NCBI GenBank assembly: GCA_963677895.2
Contig: CAXXGJ010000038.1
Location: 224,001 to 288,000 of the forward strand
Direction of reading: 5' to 3'
From: Treponemataceae bacterium
GTDB taxonomy: Bacteria > Spirochaetota > Spirochaetia > Treponematales > Rectinemataceae
DNA: 64,000 bases
The notes beneath the pieces were generated by a model. It ran no database searches. It saw only the letters and a list, made by a program, of their open reading frames with translations, and was not told where the DNA came from. A program made the translations under genes and the position numbers. Shown here in pieces: positions 1 to 8,581 of the stretch; the first letter of the stretch is position 1; each line of letters begins with the position of its first letter.

Positions 1-2
1 AC

Positions 3-764
3 CTGAAGGCGCTTGCCGACGCGAAAGGTCTTTCCATAATTCCCGTGGATTCCGAACACGCTGCCCTCTTTCAGCTCGTTTCCAGAATAGGCAAGGGCTC
101 CGTGCGGGAACTCACGATTACCGCCTCAGGCGGCCCCTTTCGCGATAAATCCCCCGCGGAATTGGAAAGCATAAGTCCCGACCAGGCGGCCAGCCACCCT
201 GTCTGGAAAATGGGACGAAAAATCAGCATCGATTCGGCCACCCTCGCCAACAAGGGCCTCGAGCTCATAGAGGCGGTGCGCCTTTTTAATCTGCCCGAGG
301 AAAAGGTGAAAGTCCTCGTCCATCCGGAAAGCATCGTGCACGCGCTCGTAAGGACTAAGGACGGAGCCCTCTATGCCCATATGTCCATGCCTGACATGCG
401 CCTTCCCATCAATATCGCCCTCCATTGGCCGGAAGAAGTGGATGCGTCCTACGGCTTTCTCGACCTCGCGGGCAAGACCCTGCGTTTCGAGGCGCCCGAC
501 ACCAGACGTTTCCCCATGCTCGCGCTGGCCAGGGATGCTGTCCGCTTAGGCGAAGCCGCCACCATCGCCTACAACGCGGCCAACGAAATAGCCGTCGAAG
601 CCTTCGAAGCGGAAAAAATCCGATTCACGCGTATAGCTGGCGTCGTTCGTTCGGTTTTAAGTCGCGATTGGTCTTTCCCTGTTCCCGATATAGGCAGTAT
701 CTTTGACATTGACAAGAAAGCGCGTTCCCTGGCGCATCTCGCTCTTACGGAGTACCAATGCTGA
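3..764 (+). CDS. dxr: 1-deoxy-D-xylulose 5-phosphate reductoisomerase (5' end lies outside the window)
   Basis: Frame open from base 3 (LKALADAKGLSIIPVDSEH); motifs PVDSEH, TASGGPF, HPxWxMGxKISIDSATLxNKGLE and NAANE; sits next to rseP. Confidence 0.97.
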   Translation: MKALADAKGLSIIPVDSEHAALFQLVSRIGKGSVRELTITASGGPFRDKSPAELESISPDQAASHPVWKMGRKISIDSATLANKGLELIEAVRLFNLPEEKVKVLVHPESIVHALVRTKDGALYAHMSMPDMRLPINIALHWPEEVDASYGFLDLAGKTLRFEAPDTRRFPMLALARDAVRLGEAATIAYNAANEIAVEAFEAEKIRFTRIAGVVRSVLSRDWSFPVPDIGSIFDIDKKARSLAHLALTEYQC

Positions 765-2122
765 CAGTTCTTCTCGGCCTTATCGGCTTGTCTTTCGTCG
801 TTATCATCCATGAATTCGGCCATTACCTCGCGGCGCGCGCCATGGGCGTCGAGGTGGAGGTCTTTTCCATAGGCTGGGGTCCTAAACTCTTCGGCTTCAA
901 GAAAAACCAGACCGAATGGCGCATATCGGCCTTCCCTCTCGGCGGTTTCTGCAGGATGAAGGGCGAGGAAGATTTCAAGATCGCCCTGGAGAAAAAGCTG
1001 CCCACTATTCCCGCCGAAAAAGGATCCTTCTATGGCGCCTCGCCCTGGAAAAGGATACTCATTCTCGTCGCCGGCCCTCTCTCGAATGTCATTCTCGCCG
1101 TCGTCCTTTTCTCCATCGTTTCGCTCGTGGGGATAACGATTCAGACGGCTCCCAACAAGATCATACTCGCGAGCGAGATATCGGCCCTCTCGGGATCGCC
1201 CGGAGGCGGACCGGCCGATCAGGCTGGCTTGAAGTCCGGCGATATCATCAGCTCCATCGATGGCGCGAAGGTTCGCGACTATTCGGATCTCCAGGAAATG
1301 ATCGGGCTCAATCCAGGCAAGGCGCTCAATCTTTCGGTGGACCGCGGCGGAGAGCGGCTGTCCATTCCCGTCACACCCCGCCTGGAGAAGGATTCCGGAC
1401 AAGGCTTGATAGGAATCTACGCGTGGATAGATCCCATCGTCGACTATGTCGATCCGCAGGGAGCCGCGTCCATCGCCGGCATCCGCAAGGGCGACATAAT
1501 TGTGGATGTTCAGGGAAGACCGATAGAGAACTCCATCGGCGTCCTGGCCGCCCTGGAATCCAAGCCAGAAAACGTCACCATGACCTTGTTGCGCGACGGG
1601 CGCTCCGTTCCCTTGAAGATGGTGCTTTCGTATGAAGCGGGCGGGCAATCCAATCTGGGTATAGGCTTCAAGAGCCTCTCGAGAACCGACAGGGCTTCCT
1701 CGCTTCCGGCCGCGGTAGCCCAGGGCGGGAAAGAGACATTCAATACGTTCACGATGTCGGTCAAGGGCATCGGGCTTCTCTTCAGCGGGGTAAATGTATT
1801 CAAGGCCGTTTCGGGGCCGGCGCGGATAACCTATATGGTCGGCAATACGGCCAAGGAAAGCATCAAGGCTTCGGGACTTTCCGGCATTCCCACGATCCTC
1901 AGCTTTCTCGCTTTTCTCTCGGTCAGCCTTTTCCTGATGAATCTCCTGCCGATACCCGCCCTGGATGGCGGCCAGATTCTGCTTTCCGTCGTCGAAATTC
2001 TGCGGAAAAAGCCTCTTCTCACAAAGACCGTCTATCGTTTCCAGTTTGTCGGGGCGGCCATGATCATGGCATTATTCTTCCTGGCCACCTTCAGCGATCT
2101 GCTCTTCTTCGCGGGGAAATGA
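758..2122 (+). CDS. rseP: RIP metalloprotease RseP (M50 family, two PDZ domains)
   Basis: HEFGH zinc motif, GPLSN and NLLPIPALDGG; directly downstream of dxr. Confidence 0.95.
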   Translation: MLTVLLGLIGLSFVVIIHEFGHYLAARAMGVEVEVFSIGWGPKLFGFKKNQTEWRISAFPLGGFCRMKGEEDFKIALEKKLPTIPAEKGSFYGASPWKRILILVAGPLSNVILAVVLFSIVSLVGITIQTAPNKIILASEISALSGSPGGGPADQAGLKSGDIISSIDGAKVRDYSDLQEMIGLNPGKALNLSVDRGGERLSIPVTPRLEKDSGQGLIGIYAWIDPIVDYVDPQGAASIAGIRKGDIIVDVQGRPIENSIGVLAALESKPENVTMTLLRDGRSVPLKMVLSYEAGGQSNLGIGFKSLSRTDRASSLPAAVAQGGKETFNTFTMSVKGIGLLFSGVNVFKAVSGPARITYMVGNTAKESIKASGLSGIPTILSFLAFLSVSLFLMNLLPIPALDGGQILLSVVEILRKKPLLTKTVYRFQFVGAAMIMALFFLATFSDLLFFAGK

Positions 2123-2127
2123 CAGCC

Positions 2128-3468
2128 TCAGCGGCCGTGTTTCTCCATGTTGACGAATTTGGCGAAGGCCGGTTTGAACCAGACATTCGCCTTGCCGATG
2201 GGTCCGTTTCTCTGCTTGGCCACGATCAGCTCGGTCTCTATCTGCTCGGATCGCTGATCCGCCGTTTTATTGATTTCCCGGTCCCTGTGGAGGAAAAGTA
2301 TGAGGTCGGCATCCTGCTCGATGGAGCCCGACTCGCGCACATCCGATAGGTTGGGCTGCTTTCCCTCAGCCTCGCGCTTCAGCTGGGACAGGGCGACAAT
2401 GGGAATGTCCAGTTCGCGCGCCAGGGATTTCAGCGATCTCGATATCGCGGAAATCTGCTCCCAGCGCGGCAGTTCTGCGTTCTCATGCGTTATCAGCGTA
2501 ATATAATCCACGAAAATTATCTTGACGGAGCGCTCGAGCACGAGGCGCCGCGCCATGGTGCGAAGCTCGAGCAGCTTCATATTGGGCATGTCGACGATAT
2601 AGAGCGGGGCTTCGTAGATTCTCCCCGCGGCGTCCATGAGGTCGTTCAGGTCCGAGCTTCTCAATCTTCCCGTCCTTATACGCTCGCCGGGAACCTGGGC
2701 TTCGGACGATATTATCCTGTTCATGAGGGCGTGTTCCGACATTTCCAGCGAGAAGAAGGCGGCCGGAATCTTACAGTTAATGGCGATATGGCTGGCTATC
2801 GTGAGCGCCAGGGCCGTTTTTCCCACCGAAGGGCGCGCGCCGATGACGATGAATTCCGAGTTCTGGAATCCCGAGGTCATGGCGTCCAGGTCGGTCAGGC
2901 CTGAAGGAATTCCCGTGAAGGCGTTGGGATTGTTGCTCAGCTGCTCTATGACGGTGATGAGCTCGGGGATCAGATCTTTTATGGAATGATACGAGGCGGT
3001 GCGCCGATTTTGCGTTATCTCGAAAATCTTGGACTGTATCTCGTCGAGAATGGGTCCCGTTTCGGTGGTATCGTCATAGGCCAGCGAGGTGACGAGGGAA
3101 GACAGGCGGATGAGGTTTCTGCGGGTCGACATCTCCTGTATTATCTGCGCGTAGTATTCGACGTTGGCGGCCGAAGGCGTCATCGACGTGAGGTTGGCGA
3201 TGTAGCCCGGGCCCCCGGCCTTGTCCAGGCTTCCGGCCTGCTTCATCTCCTCGGTGAGGGTGATGAGATCGGCCTTCTGCCCCTTTTCATGGAGCGCTAT
3301 GATGGCGGAATAAATCTCGGCATGGGTGCTGAGGTAAAAGTCGTCGGCGCGGATATAGCGCAAGACAACGCCGAGCGCGTCCGGATCGAGAAGCAGGGCG
3401 CCCAGGCAGGCCTGCTCGGCTTCCTGGTTGTTGGGCGGTATCTTGTCTTTCAGGGAAACAGGCGTCAT
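2128..3468 (-). CDS. dnaB: Replicative DNA helicase
   Basis: N-terminal PPxNxEAEQ, Walker A GARPSVGKT, and the LSQL and RESGSIEQDAD motifs. Confidence 0.98.
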   Translation of the reverse strand: MTPVSLKDKIPPNNQEAEQACLGALLLDPDALGVVLRYIRADDFYLSTHAEIYSAIIALHEKGQKADLITLTEEMKQAGSLDKAGGPGYIANLTSMTPSAANVEYYAQIIQEMSTRRNLIRLSSLVTSLAYDDTTETGPILDEIQSKIFEITQNRRTASYHSIKDLIPELITVIEQLSNNPNAFTGIPSGLTDLDAMTSGFQNSEFIVIGARPSVGKTALALTIASHIAINCKIPAAFFSLEMSEHALMNRIISSEAQVPGERIRTGRLRSSDLNDLMDAAGRIYEAPLYIVDMPNMKLLELRTMARRLVLERSVKIIFVDYITLITHENAELPRWEQISAISRSLKSLARELDIPIVALSQLKREAEGKQPNLSDVRESGSIEQDADLILFLHRDREINKTADQRSEQIETELIVAKQRNGPIGKANVWFKPAFAKFVNMEKHGR

Positions 3469-3506
3469 CGGCTACCCCTTTCGAATCCGAATTATACGAC
3501 AGAACT

Positions 3507-3563
3507 AAAAAAAAGGCATCGAGTATCCGGAATCTTTTTAAGAATCCCGGGGTACAAGATGCC
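3507..3563 (-). terminator. Putative intrinsic terminator after rplI (long interrupted stem plus U8)
   Basis: On the minus strand GGCATC...GATGCC encloses inner CCGG/CCGG pairing and is followed by T8; a TATAAT (3491-3496) for dnaB follows. Confidence 0.6.
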
Positions 3564-3637
3564 CCATAAGGCGCGAGTATCGGACTTCCGCGCCCTCTAG
3601 TATCAAAATCCAGCGGCGCAGGGCCGTTTACATCCCT

Positions 3638-4225
3638 TTACATCTGTCCGGCGTTGATGGCGGCTTCGAAAGCTGCAGCCTGTTCCTCATCGGTGACGGG
3701 TTCGGCCGCTTCGGCCCTGACTCTCCGCACGCGCTGCTTCTTGGGCTGATCGCTGTCTTCCGTCTTCTCGGCCTTGACTTCCTGGCCGGTGATGGAAAGC
3801 TTGACCACCGCTTCTTCCTTCTCATAAAGGCGGACGATCACTTTGTAATTGCCCACGCTCTTGATCGCCCTTCCGGGAACTTCGATCTTCTTGCGGTCGA
3901 CTTCGATTCCTTTCTTGAGAAGCTCGTCGGCCACCATCGCGTTGTTCACGGCGCCATAGAGCTTGCCGTTCGCGCCGGCAGGCATCGCGATGGAGATTTC
4001 CTCGGCTTCAAGCTTTTCCTTGAGCGAGGTAGATGAAAGCCTCTTGGCTTCCTTGATGGCGTCGATTTCGTTCTTCTTCTTCGCGAAAAGAGCTACGGTC
4101 TTGGTGTTGTACACGGAAGCCAGACCGCGGGGAAGCAGGTAGTTTCTCGCGTAACCGGGCGCAACATCCTTGACATCGCCAATCTCGCCTAAGTTCGGGA
4201 CGTCTTGGTTCAGGATAATTTTCAT
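3638..4225 (-). CDS. rplI: 50S ribosomal protein L9
   Basis: MKIILNQDVPNLG...GYARNYLLPRG; start reassigned to ATG 4225, which overlaps the upstream stop (ATGA). Confidence 0.97.
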   Translation of the reverse strand: MKIILNQDVPNLGEIGDVKDVAPGYARNYLLPRGLASVYNTKTVALFAKKKNEIDAIKEAKRLSSTSLKEKLEAEEISIAMPAGANGKLYGAVNNAMVADELLKKGIEVDRKKIEVPGRAIKSVGNYKVIVRLYEKEEAVVKLSITGQEVKAEKTEDSDQPKKQRVRRVRAEAAEPVTDEEQAAAFEAAINAGQM

Positions 4226-5208
4226 TTCAAGGCTCCTTTTACGTCGCGGTATGGAAGCCATACCTCGGTAATGCCCAATATGGGCAGCGTAATCAATATG
4301 ATCGCGCCCGCGGTGTTGCTCAGCGCGATCGCCATTACGGCGAGCGGCGCCAGCAAGCGCACTATACGGGTCGCGTTGAATTGCCGGGAAAGATGTGAGA
4401 TGATTCCGATCCCCTGCATGGCGTAGAGAGATGCCAGGCACAGCGAGATGTTCCAGACCGCGGCGGACACGAGGCCGGTCTGTTTTGTCAGGAGCACGGC
4501 GAAGAGCAGTACCCAGGACAGCAGCGTCGGCCAGAGCGCCACGGAAGGAACGCGCAAACGCGAGAGCCTGATGGAAGCGAAGACGCTCTCATCGGCGGCT
4601 TTCTGACGAATGGCTGCGCGTGCGGCAATGTAGGATCCAAGCCACCAACTTCCCGCGAGAATCCACAGGATGATGGCCGCGAAGCCTGACTGTATCACGG
4701 CGATCGCGGCATTCACGGCGGCGCGCGCATAGGCATCGCCGTCTCCTTCCAGACCGGAGGATTTCATGGCCGAACCGATATACTCTATCAGCCAGGCTGA
4801 AAAACTCTTGTCGGATGTGGCTTTCATCACGAATGGCGCGGCAATGGCCGACAGGATGAGGACGGCGATCAGAATTCTGCCGCCCGCTCTCATTTTTCCT
4901 ATCTGCGCGTTGACGAACCAGATGGCGGCAAGAAGCAGGAGAGGAGGCAGGACGCCCGCGACTATGACCAGCGGGTCGAGCGTTTTGATTTCAAGCATTC
5001 TGGCGATCTGTCCGACCGCTATGGCGAGAAACGAAAAAGCCGCAGCTATGAGACCAGATTTCCTTCCTCTGCCGGCGAAGGCATGCTGCACCGGTATGAG
5101 AAAAGCGAATGAGAGAACATAGGAGAGGTAGATGAAGCCCGACAGCAATCCCGCCGAGGCGTCAAGCAGCAGCTCCCTGTTCCTGGTCAGCAACGCGCGT
5201 CCGTTCAC
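4222..5208 (-). CDS. Multi-pass membrane protein, DUF2232/YybS-like
   Basis: Many hydrophobic helices and a C-terminal QGIGII motif; located between rpsR and rplI. Confidence 0.7.
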   Translation of the reverse strand: MNGRALLTRNRELLLDASAGLLSGFIYLSYVLSFAFLIPVQHAFAGRGRKSGLIAAAFSFLAIAVGQIARMLEIKTLDPLVIVAGVLPPLLLLAAIWFVNAQIGKMRAGGRILIAVLILSAIAAPFVMKATSDKSFSAWLIEYIGSAMKSSGLEGDGDAYARAAVNAAIAVIQSGFAAIILWILAGSWWLGSYIAARAAIRQKAADESVFASIRLSRLRVPSVALWPTLLSWVLLFAVLLTKQTGLVSAAVWNISLCLASLYAMQGIGIISHLSRQFNATRIVRLLAPLAVMAIALSNTAGAIILITLPILGITEVWLPYRDVKGALK

Positions 5209-5223
5209 ATCTGTTCTCCGGGC

Positions 5224-5532
5224 TTATTTCACGACGTAGGGAAGAAGCGCCAAGGCTCTCGCCCGCTTGATGTTGACGGCGAGCGCTCGCTGGTGCTTCG
5301 AACAGGTACCGGTGATGCGGCGCGGCAGGATTTTCCCGCGTTCCGTCGTATAGCGCCTTAAGGTATCAGAATCTTTGTAATCGATATGGGCTTTCTGGGT
5401 GCAGAACTTGCAGACCTTCTTCTTGAAGAATCCCTTGCCCTTGCGCGGACCGCTCGAACGATCGTCATCCCTGCGGTTATCGCCCTGATCGTCTGAACGA
5501 CCGCCCCTTACATCATCTTTCATATCGGACAT
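5224..5532 (-). CDS. rpsR: 30S ribosomal protein S18 (zinc-binding form with charged N-terminal extension)
   Basis: CKFC...IDYKD...[17 protein letters not shown]...ARALALLPY. Confidence 0.98.
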   Translation of the reverse strand: MSDMKDDVRGGRSDDQGDNRRDDDRSSGPRKGKGFFKKKVCKFCTQKAHIDYKDSDTLRRYTTERGKILPRRITGTCSKHQRALAVNIKRARALALLPYVVK

Positions 5533-5558
5533 TGCATTTCTCCTATTTTCGCTTCGTA

Positions 5559-6020
5559 TCAGAAAGGAATATCATCGTCAAAGGTATCGACGGCGGGCGC
5601 TGTCTGGCTCCCCCCCGCTGGCTGCTCGGCTCCGCCCTCATAGGGCGCCGCCTTCTGCTGCGGTTTCTGGTAGCCGCCGTTTCCCTGCCCCGACGGGGCG
5701 TTTCCGAGAAGCCGGACGTTGCTGGCGTTGACGACAACCTTATTGCGCGGCTGTCCGTCCTGCTCCCAGCGATCCTGCCTCAGTTCTCCTTCGACGCCGA
5801 CTTGCTGGCCTTTTGTCAGGTAGCGATTCACCGCTTCGGCACCCTTGCCCCAAAAATCGATCTCGAAGAAGCTGGTCTCGTCGACCCATTCCTCGCCCTG
5901 CTTTCTCGAGCGGTTGACCGCTATGGAAAAGCGCGCGATCGGCATTCCCGATTTCGTGTATTTGAGTTCAGAATCCCTCGTGAGTCTTCCCACCAGAACC
6001 ACGACATTTATGTCGCGCAT
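5559..6020 (-). CDS. ssb: Single-stranded DNA-binding protein
   Basis: [15 protein letters not shown]-fold start and C-terminal DDIPF. Confidence 0.98.
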   Translation of the reverse strand: MRDINVVVLVGRLTRDSELKYTKSGMPIARFSIAVNRSRKQGEEWVDETSFFEIDFWGKGAEAVNRYLTKGQQVGVEGELRQDRWEQDGQPRNKVVVNASNVRLLGNAPSGQGNGGYQKPQQKAAPYEGGAEQPAGGSQTAPAVDTFDDDIPF

Positions 6021-6035
6021 ACAGGCCTCCCCGAC

Positions 6036-6317
6036 TTAAGCTTCGACTTTGACCAAAAGATACTTCAGAACGCTGGTGTTGAGCTTGAATGATCTCTCCA
6101 GGGGAATAACGCTCTGCGGGTCGAGATTCGCGCGGTACAGGATGTAATGTCCGCGGTCTTTCTTTTTGATGGAATAGGCCAGAATACGGTCTCCCATATC
6201 CTCTTCCTTGATGTCGGCTGCATTGATCTGGGCTAGATCAATCGCCACGGCTTCCTTGCCTTTGCGGAACGCTTCTTCTTCCGAAGGCAGGACTACGACA
6301 ATCTCATATGGTCTCAT
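6036..6317 (-). CDS. rpsF: 30S ribosomal protein S6
   Basis: MRPYEIVVV...GDRILAYSIKK...GHY; GGAGG RBS upstream of ATG 6317. Confidence 0.96.
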   Translation of the reverse strand: MRPYEIVVVLPSEEEAFRKGKEAVAIDLAQINAADIKEEDMGDRILAYSIKKKDRGHYILYRANLDPQSVIPLERSFKLNTSVLKYLLVKVEA

Positions 6318-6401
6318 TCTTTCCTCCTTGTGGACCTTACCCTCCATACGGAGAGCACTTGATTCAACCGCGGCCCGAGGGGTCGGATTGGATAAAGAGG
6401 G
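6318..6401 (-). promoter_or_regulatory. Structured 5' leader of rpsF; candidate S6:S18 autoregulatory RNA
   Basis: Minus strand shows a CCGA-CCCC-TCGG hairpin followed by GCCG, a CTCC-GTAT-GGAG hairpin, then GTCCACAAGGAGG; position matches the known S6:S18 leader. Confidence 0.45.
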
Positions 6402-6407
6402 AACATT

Positions 6408-6437
6408 TTTATAGCATGTTTGGACATTCTTATGCAA
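6408..6437 (-). promoter_or_regulatory. Sigma70-type promoter of the rpsF operon
   Basis: TTGCAT-N18-TATAAA with extended -10 TG. Confidence 0.55.
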
Positions 6438-6440
6438 TAC

Positions 6441-6469
6441 TTGCAATTGCGCCAGGAATTTCCCATAAT
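6441..6469 (+). promoter_or_regulatory. Sigma70-type promoter of hisS
   Basis: TTGCAA-N17-CATAAT, divergent from the rpsF promoter. Confidence 0.55.
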
Positions 6470-6497
6470 TGGGCCCTGAATTTTCAGTGGAGGAAAA

Positions 6498-7817
6498 ATG
6501 TCTGACATAATCGAGCCGCGAGTCCTCAAAGGATTCCGGGACTATCTTCCGGACGCCGAGCGCGCCCGCGCTTCCCTCGTCAAGAAACTGGAAAAAACAT
6601 TCCAATCCTTTGGTTTTGTGCCGATCGATACGCCGGCTCTCGAATATTCCGAAATTCTTCTCGGCAAGGGCGGCGGGGAAACCGACAAGCAGGTCTATCG
6701 TTTCAACGATAATGGCGGCCGCGACGTCGCCCTCCGGTTTGACCTGACCATTCCCTTCGCTAGGTTCATGGCCGAACACGTGGAGGAACTCTACCTTCCC
6801 TTCCGACGTTTCCATATCGCCAAGGTCTGGAGAGGCGAAAACACTCAGCGAGGGCGATATAGGGAGTTCATGCAGTGCGACTTCGACATCGTGGGCACGG
6901 ATTCCGCGTCGGCCGATGCCGACATAGTCCTCGTGATAGCCAACGCGATGAAATCTCTGGAAGTGGGGCTCGTGCGAATAAGGATCAACCACAGAGGGCT
7001 TTTCAACCGCTTCCTGGCCGCCGCCGGCTGCGCCGACAAGTCGGTGTTCATACTGCGTACCGTGGACAAGCTTGAAAAAATCGGCAAGGACGAAACCTTT
7101 GCCTTGCTCTCGGCCGAAGTGGGCGCGGCCATGGCGTCCGGCATTCTGAACTTCATAGAACCCGAAGACAGCTTCACGAAAACCCTCGATAAAATGTTCG
7201 GATTCTGCAAATCCGACGACGAGGAAGCTATCGCGGCGCGCAATCGACTTTCAGATGTATACGAAATAGCACAATCCGCCGGATTTTCCGATTCAATCTA
7301 TCTGGACCCGAGCATAACAAGGGGCCTCGACTACTATACCGGGGTGGTTTTCGAGACTTTCCTGAAAGATTTGCCCAAGATCGGCTCCATCTGCTCGGGC
7401 GGGCGCTACAACGAGCTCGCCGGTCTTTACACGACAAAGCAGCTGCCCGGCGTAGGCGCTTCCGTCGGACTCGACCGACTTCTCGCGGCCTTGGACGCCA
7501 TGGGCAAATCGGTGGCGGGCACGAGCGACCCCAAGGTTCTTCTGGCCAATCAGGGAGAAGCCAATCTCAAAAGCCTGCATGCCTTGGCCTCGCGGCTTCG
7601 CGCCAGGGGCATTTCGGCTGAAGTCTATCCTGAGCCAAAAAAACTGCTCGCTCAATACGGCTACGCTGAAAAGAAAGGCGTTCCCTATGCGCTTCTCCTG
7701 GATGAATCGAGTCTCGCCGAGGGACAGTTTCCGCTCCGCGATCTTGTGAAAAGGTCTACGATAGCCTTCACCGACTTCAACGAGCTCGCCGCTTTCCTGG
7801 GCGGTGCGAAGGAATGA
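6498..7817 (+). CDS. hisS: Histidine--tRNA ligase
   Basis: KGFRDYLP, LRFDLT, RGRYREFMQCDFD, RGLDYYTG and GGRY motifs. Confidence 0.98.
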   Translation: MSDIIEPRVLKGFRDYLPDAERARASLVKKLEKTFQSFGFVPIDTPALEYSEILLGKGGGETDKQVYRFNDNGGRDVALRFDLTIPFARFMAEHVEELYLPFRRFHIAKVWRGENTQRGRYREFMQCDFDIVGTDSASADADIVLVIANAMKSLEVGLVRIRINHRGLFNRFLAAAGCADKSVFILRTVDKLEKIGKDETFALLSAEVGAAMASGILNFIEPEDSFTKTLDKMFGFCKSDDEEAIAARNRLSDVYEIAQSAGFSDSIYLDPSITRGLDYYTGVVFETFLKDLPKIGSICSGGRYNELAGLYTTKQLPGVGASVGLDRLLAALDAMGKSVAGTSDPKVLLANQGEANLKSLHALASRLRARGISAEVYPEPKKLLAQYGYAEKKGVPYALLLDESSLAEGQFPLRDLVKRSTIAFTDFNELAAFLGGAKE

Positions 7818-8518
7818 CCGATCAGCCGGAAAACTTGAGGGAGAACGCGTCCGGCCTCATCAGGACCTATGTCCTGCGATCCGGAAGGATGACCGACGCG
7901 CAGCGACAGGCGATCGAGGAATTTGGTCCCGAGTACATCCTTCCCTACGACAGCCAGCCCCTCGACCTTCCCGGGCTCTTTCCCCTGCCCAAGCCTCTCG
8001 TGATGGAGATTGGTTTCGGCATGGGTCAGGCGACATGGCAGATAGCCATGGACCGCAAGGATTTCAACTACCTCGGCGTCGAAGTGCACGGTCCGGGCGT
8101 CGGCAGGCTCATCATGGAGATTCGCGAGAATAAACTGGAGAATCTGAAGATAATCCAGCACGACGCCGTCGAGGTCCTGGCAAGCATGATACCTGAGGAC
8201 AGCCTGGCCGGCCTGCATGTTTTCTATCCCGATCCGTGGCCCAAGAAACGTCATCACAAGCGCAGGCTCCTGCGCCATCCGATCGTCGATCTCATGATCT
8301 CGCGACTCAAGGCCGGGGGATACCTCTATTTCGTCACCGATATCGAGGAATACGCTCAATCGACGCTCGAACTGCTTTCCTCCTGCCCGGGGATCGCCAA
8401 CAAATTCGAGGGATTCGCGCCCAGAATAGAGTGGCGGCCGGAGACGAAATTCGAGGCTAGGGCCAAGAAGGCCAGCCGCCAGGCTTTTGAGCTGTATTTT
8501 CTGAAGACGGGGAAGTAG
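7814..8518 (+). CDS. trmB: tRNA (guanine-N7)-methyltransferase
   Basis: EIGFGMG, GVEVH, PDPWPKKRHHKRR and TKFE motifs. Confidence 0.97.
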   Translation: MTDQPENLRENASGLIRTYVLRSGRMTDAQRQAIEEFGPEYILPYDSQPLDLPGLFPLPKPLVMEIGFGMGQATWQIAMDRKDFNYLGVEVHGPGVGRLIMEIRENKLENLKIIQHDAVEVLASMIPEDSLAGLHVFYPDPWPKKRHHKRRLLRHPIVDLMISRLKAGGYLYFVTDIEEYAQSTLELLSSCPGIANKFEGFAPRIEWRPETKFEARAKKASRQAFELYFLKTGK

Positions 8519-8521
8519 TCA

Positions 8522-8557
8522 GGCGTCGCCAACCGCCGGGCGGCGGTTGGCGACGCC
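8522..8557. terminator. Perfect 16-bp GC-rich hairpin between convergent trmB and hrpA
   Basis: GGCGTCGCCAACCGCC-GGGC-GGCGGTTGGCGACGCC; flanking U-tracts are weak. Confidence 0.65.
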
Positions 8558-8581
8558 CGGCGGTTTTGCTTATTCGAAGAA

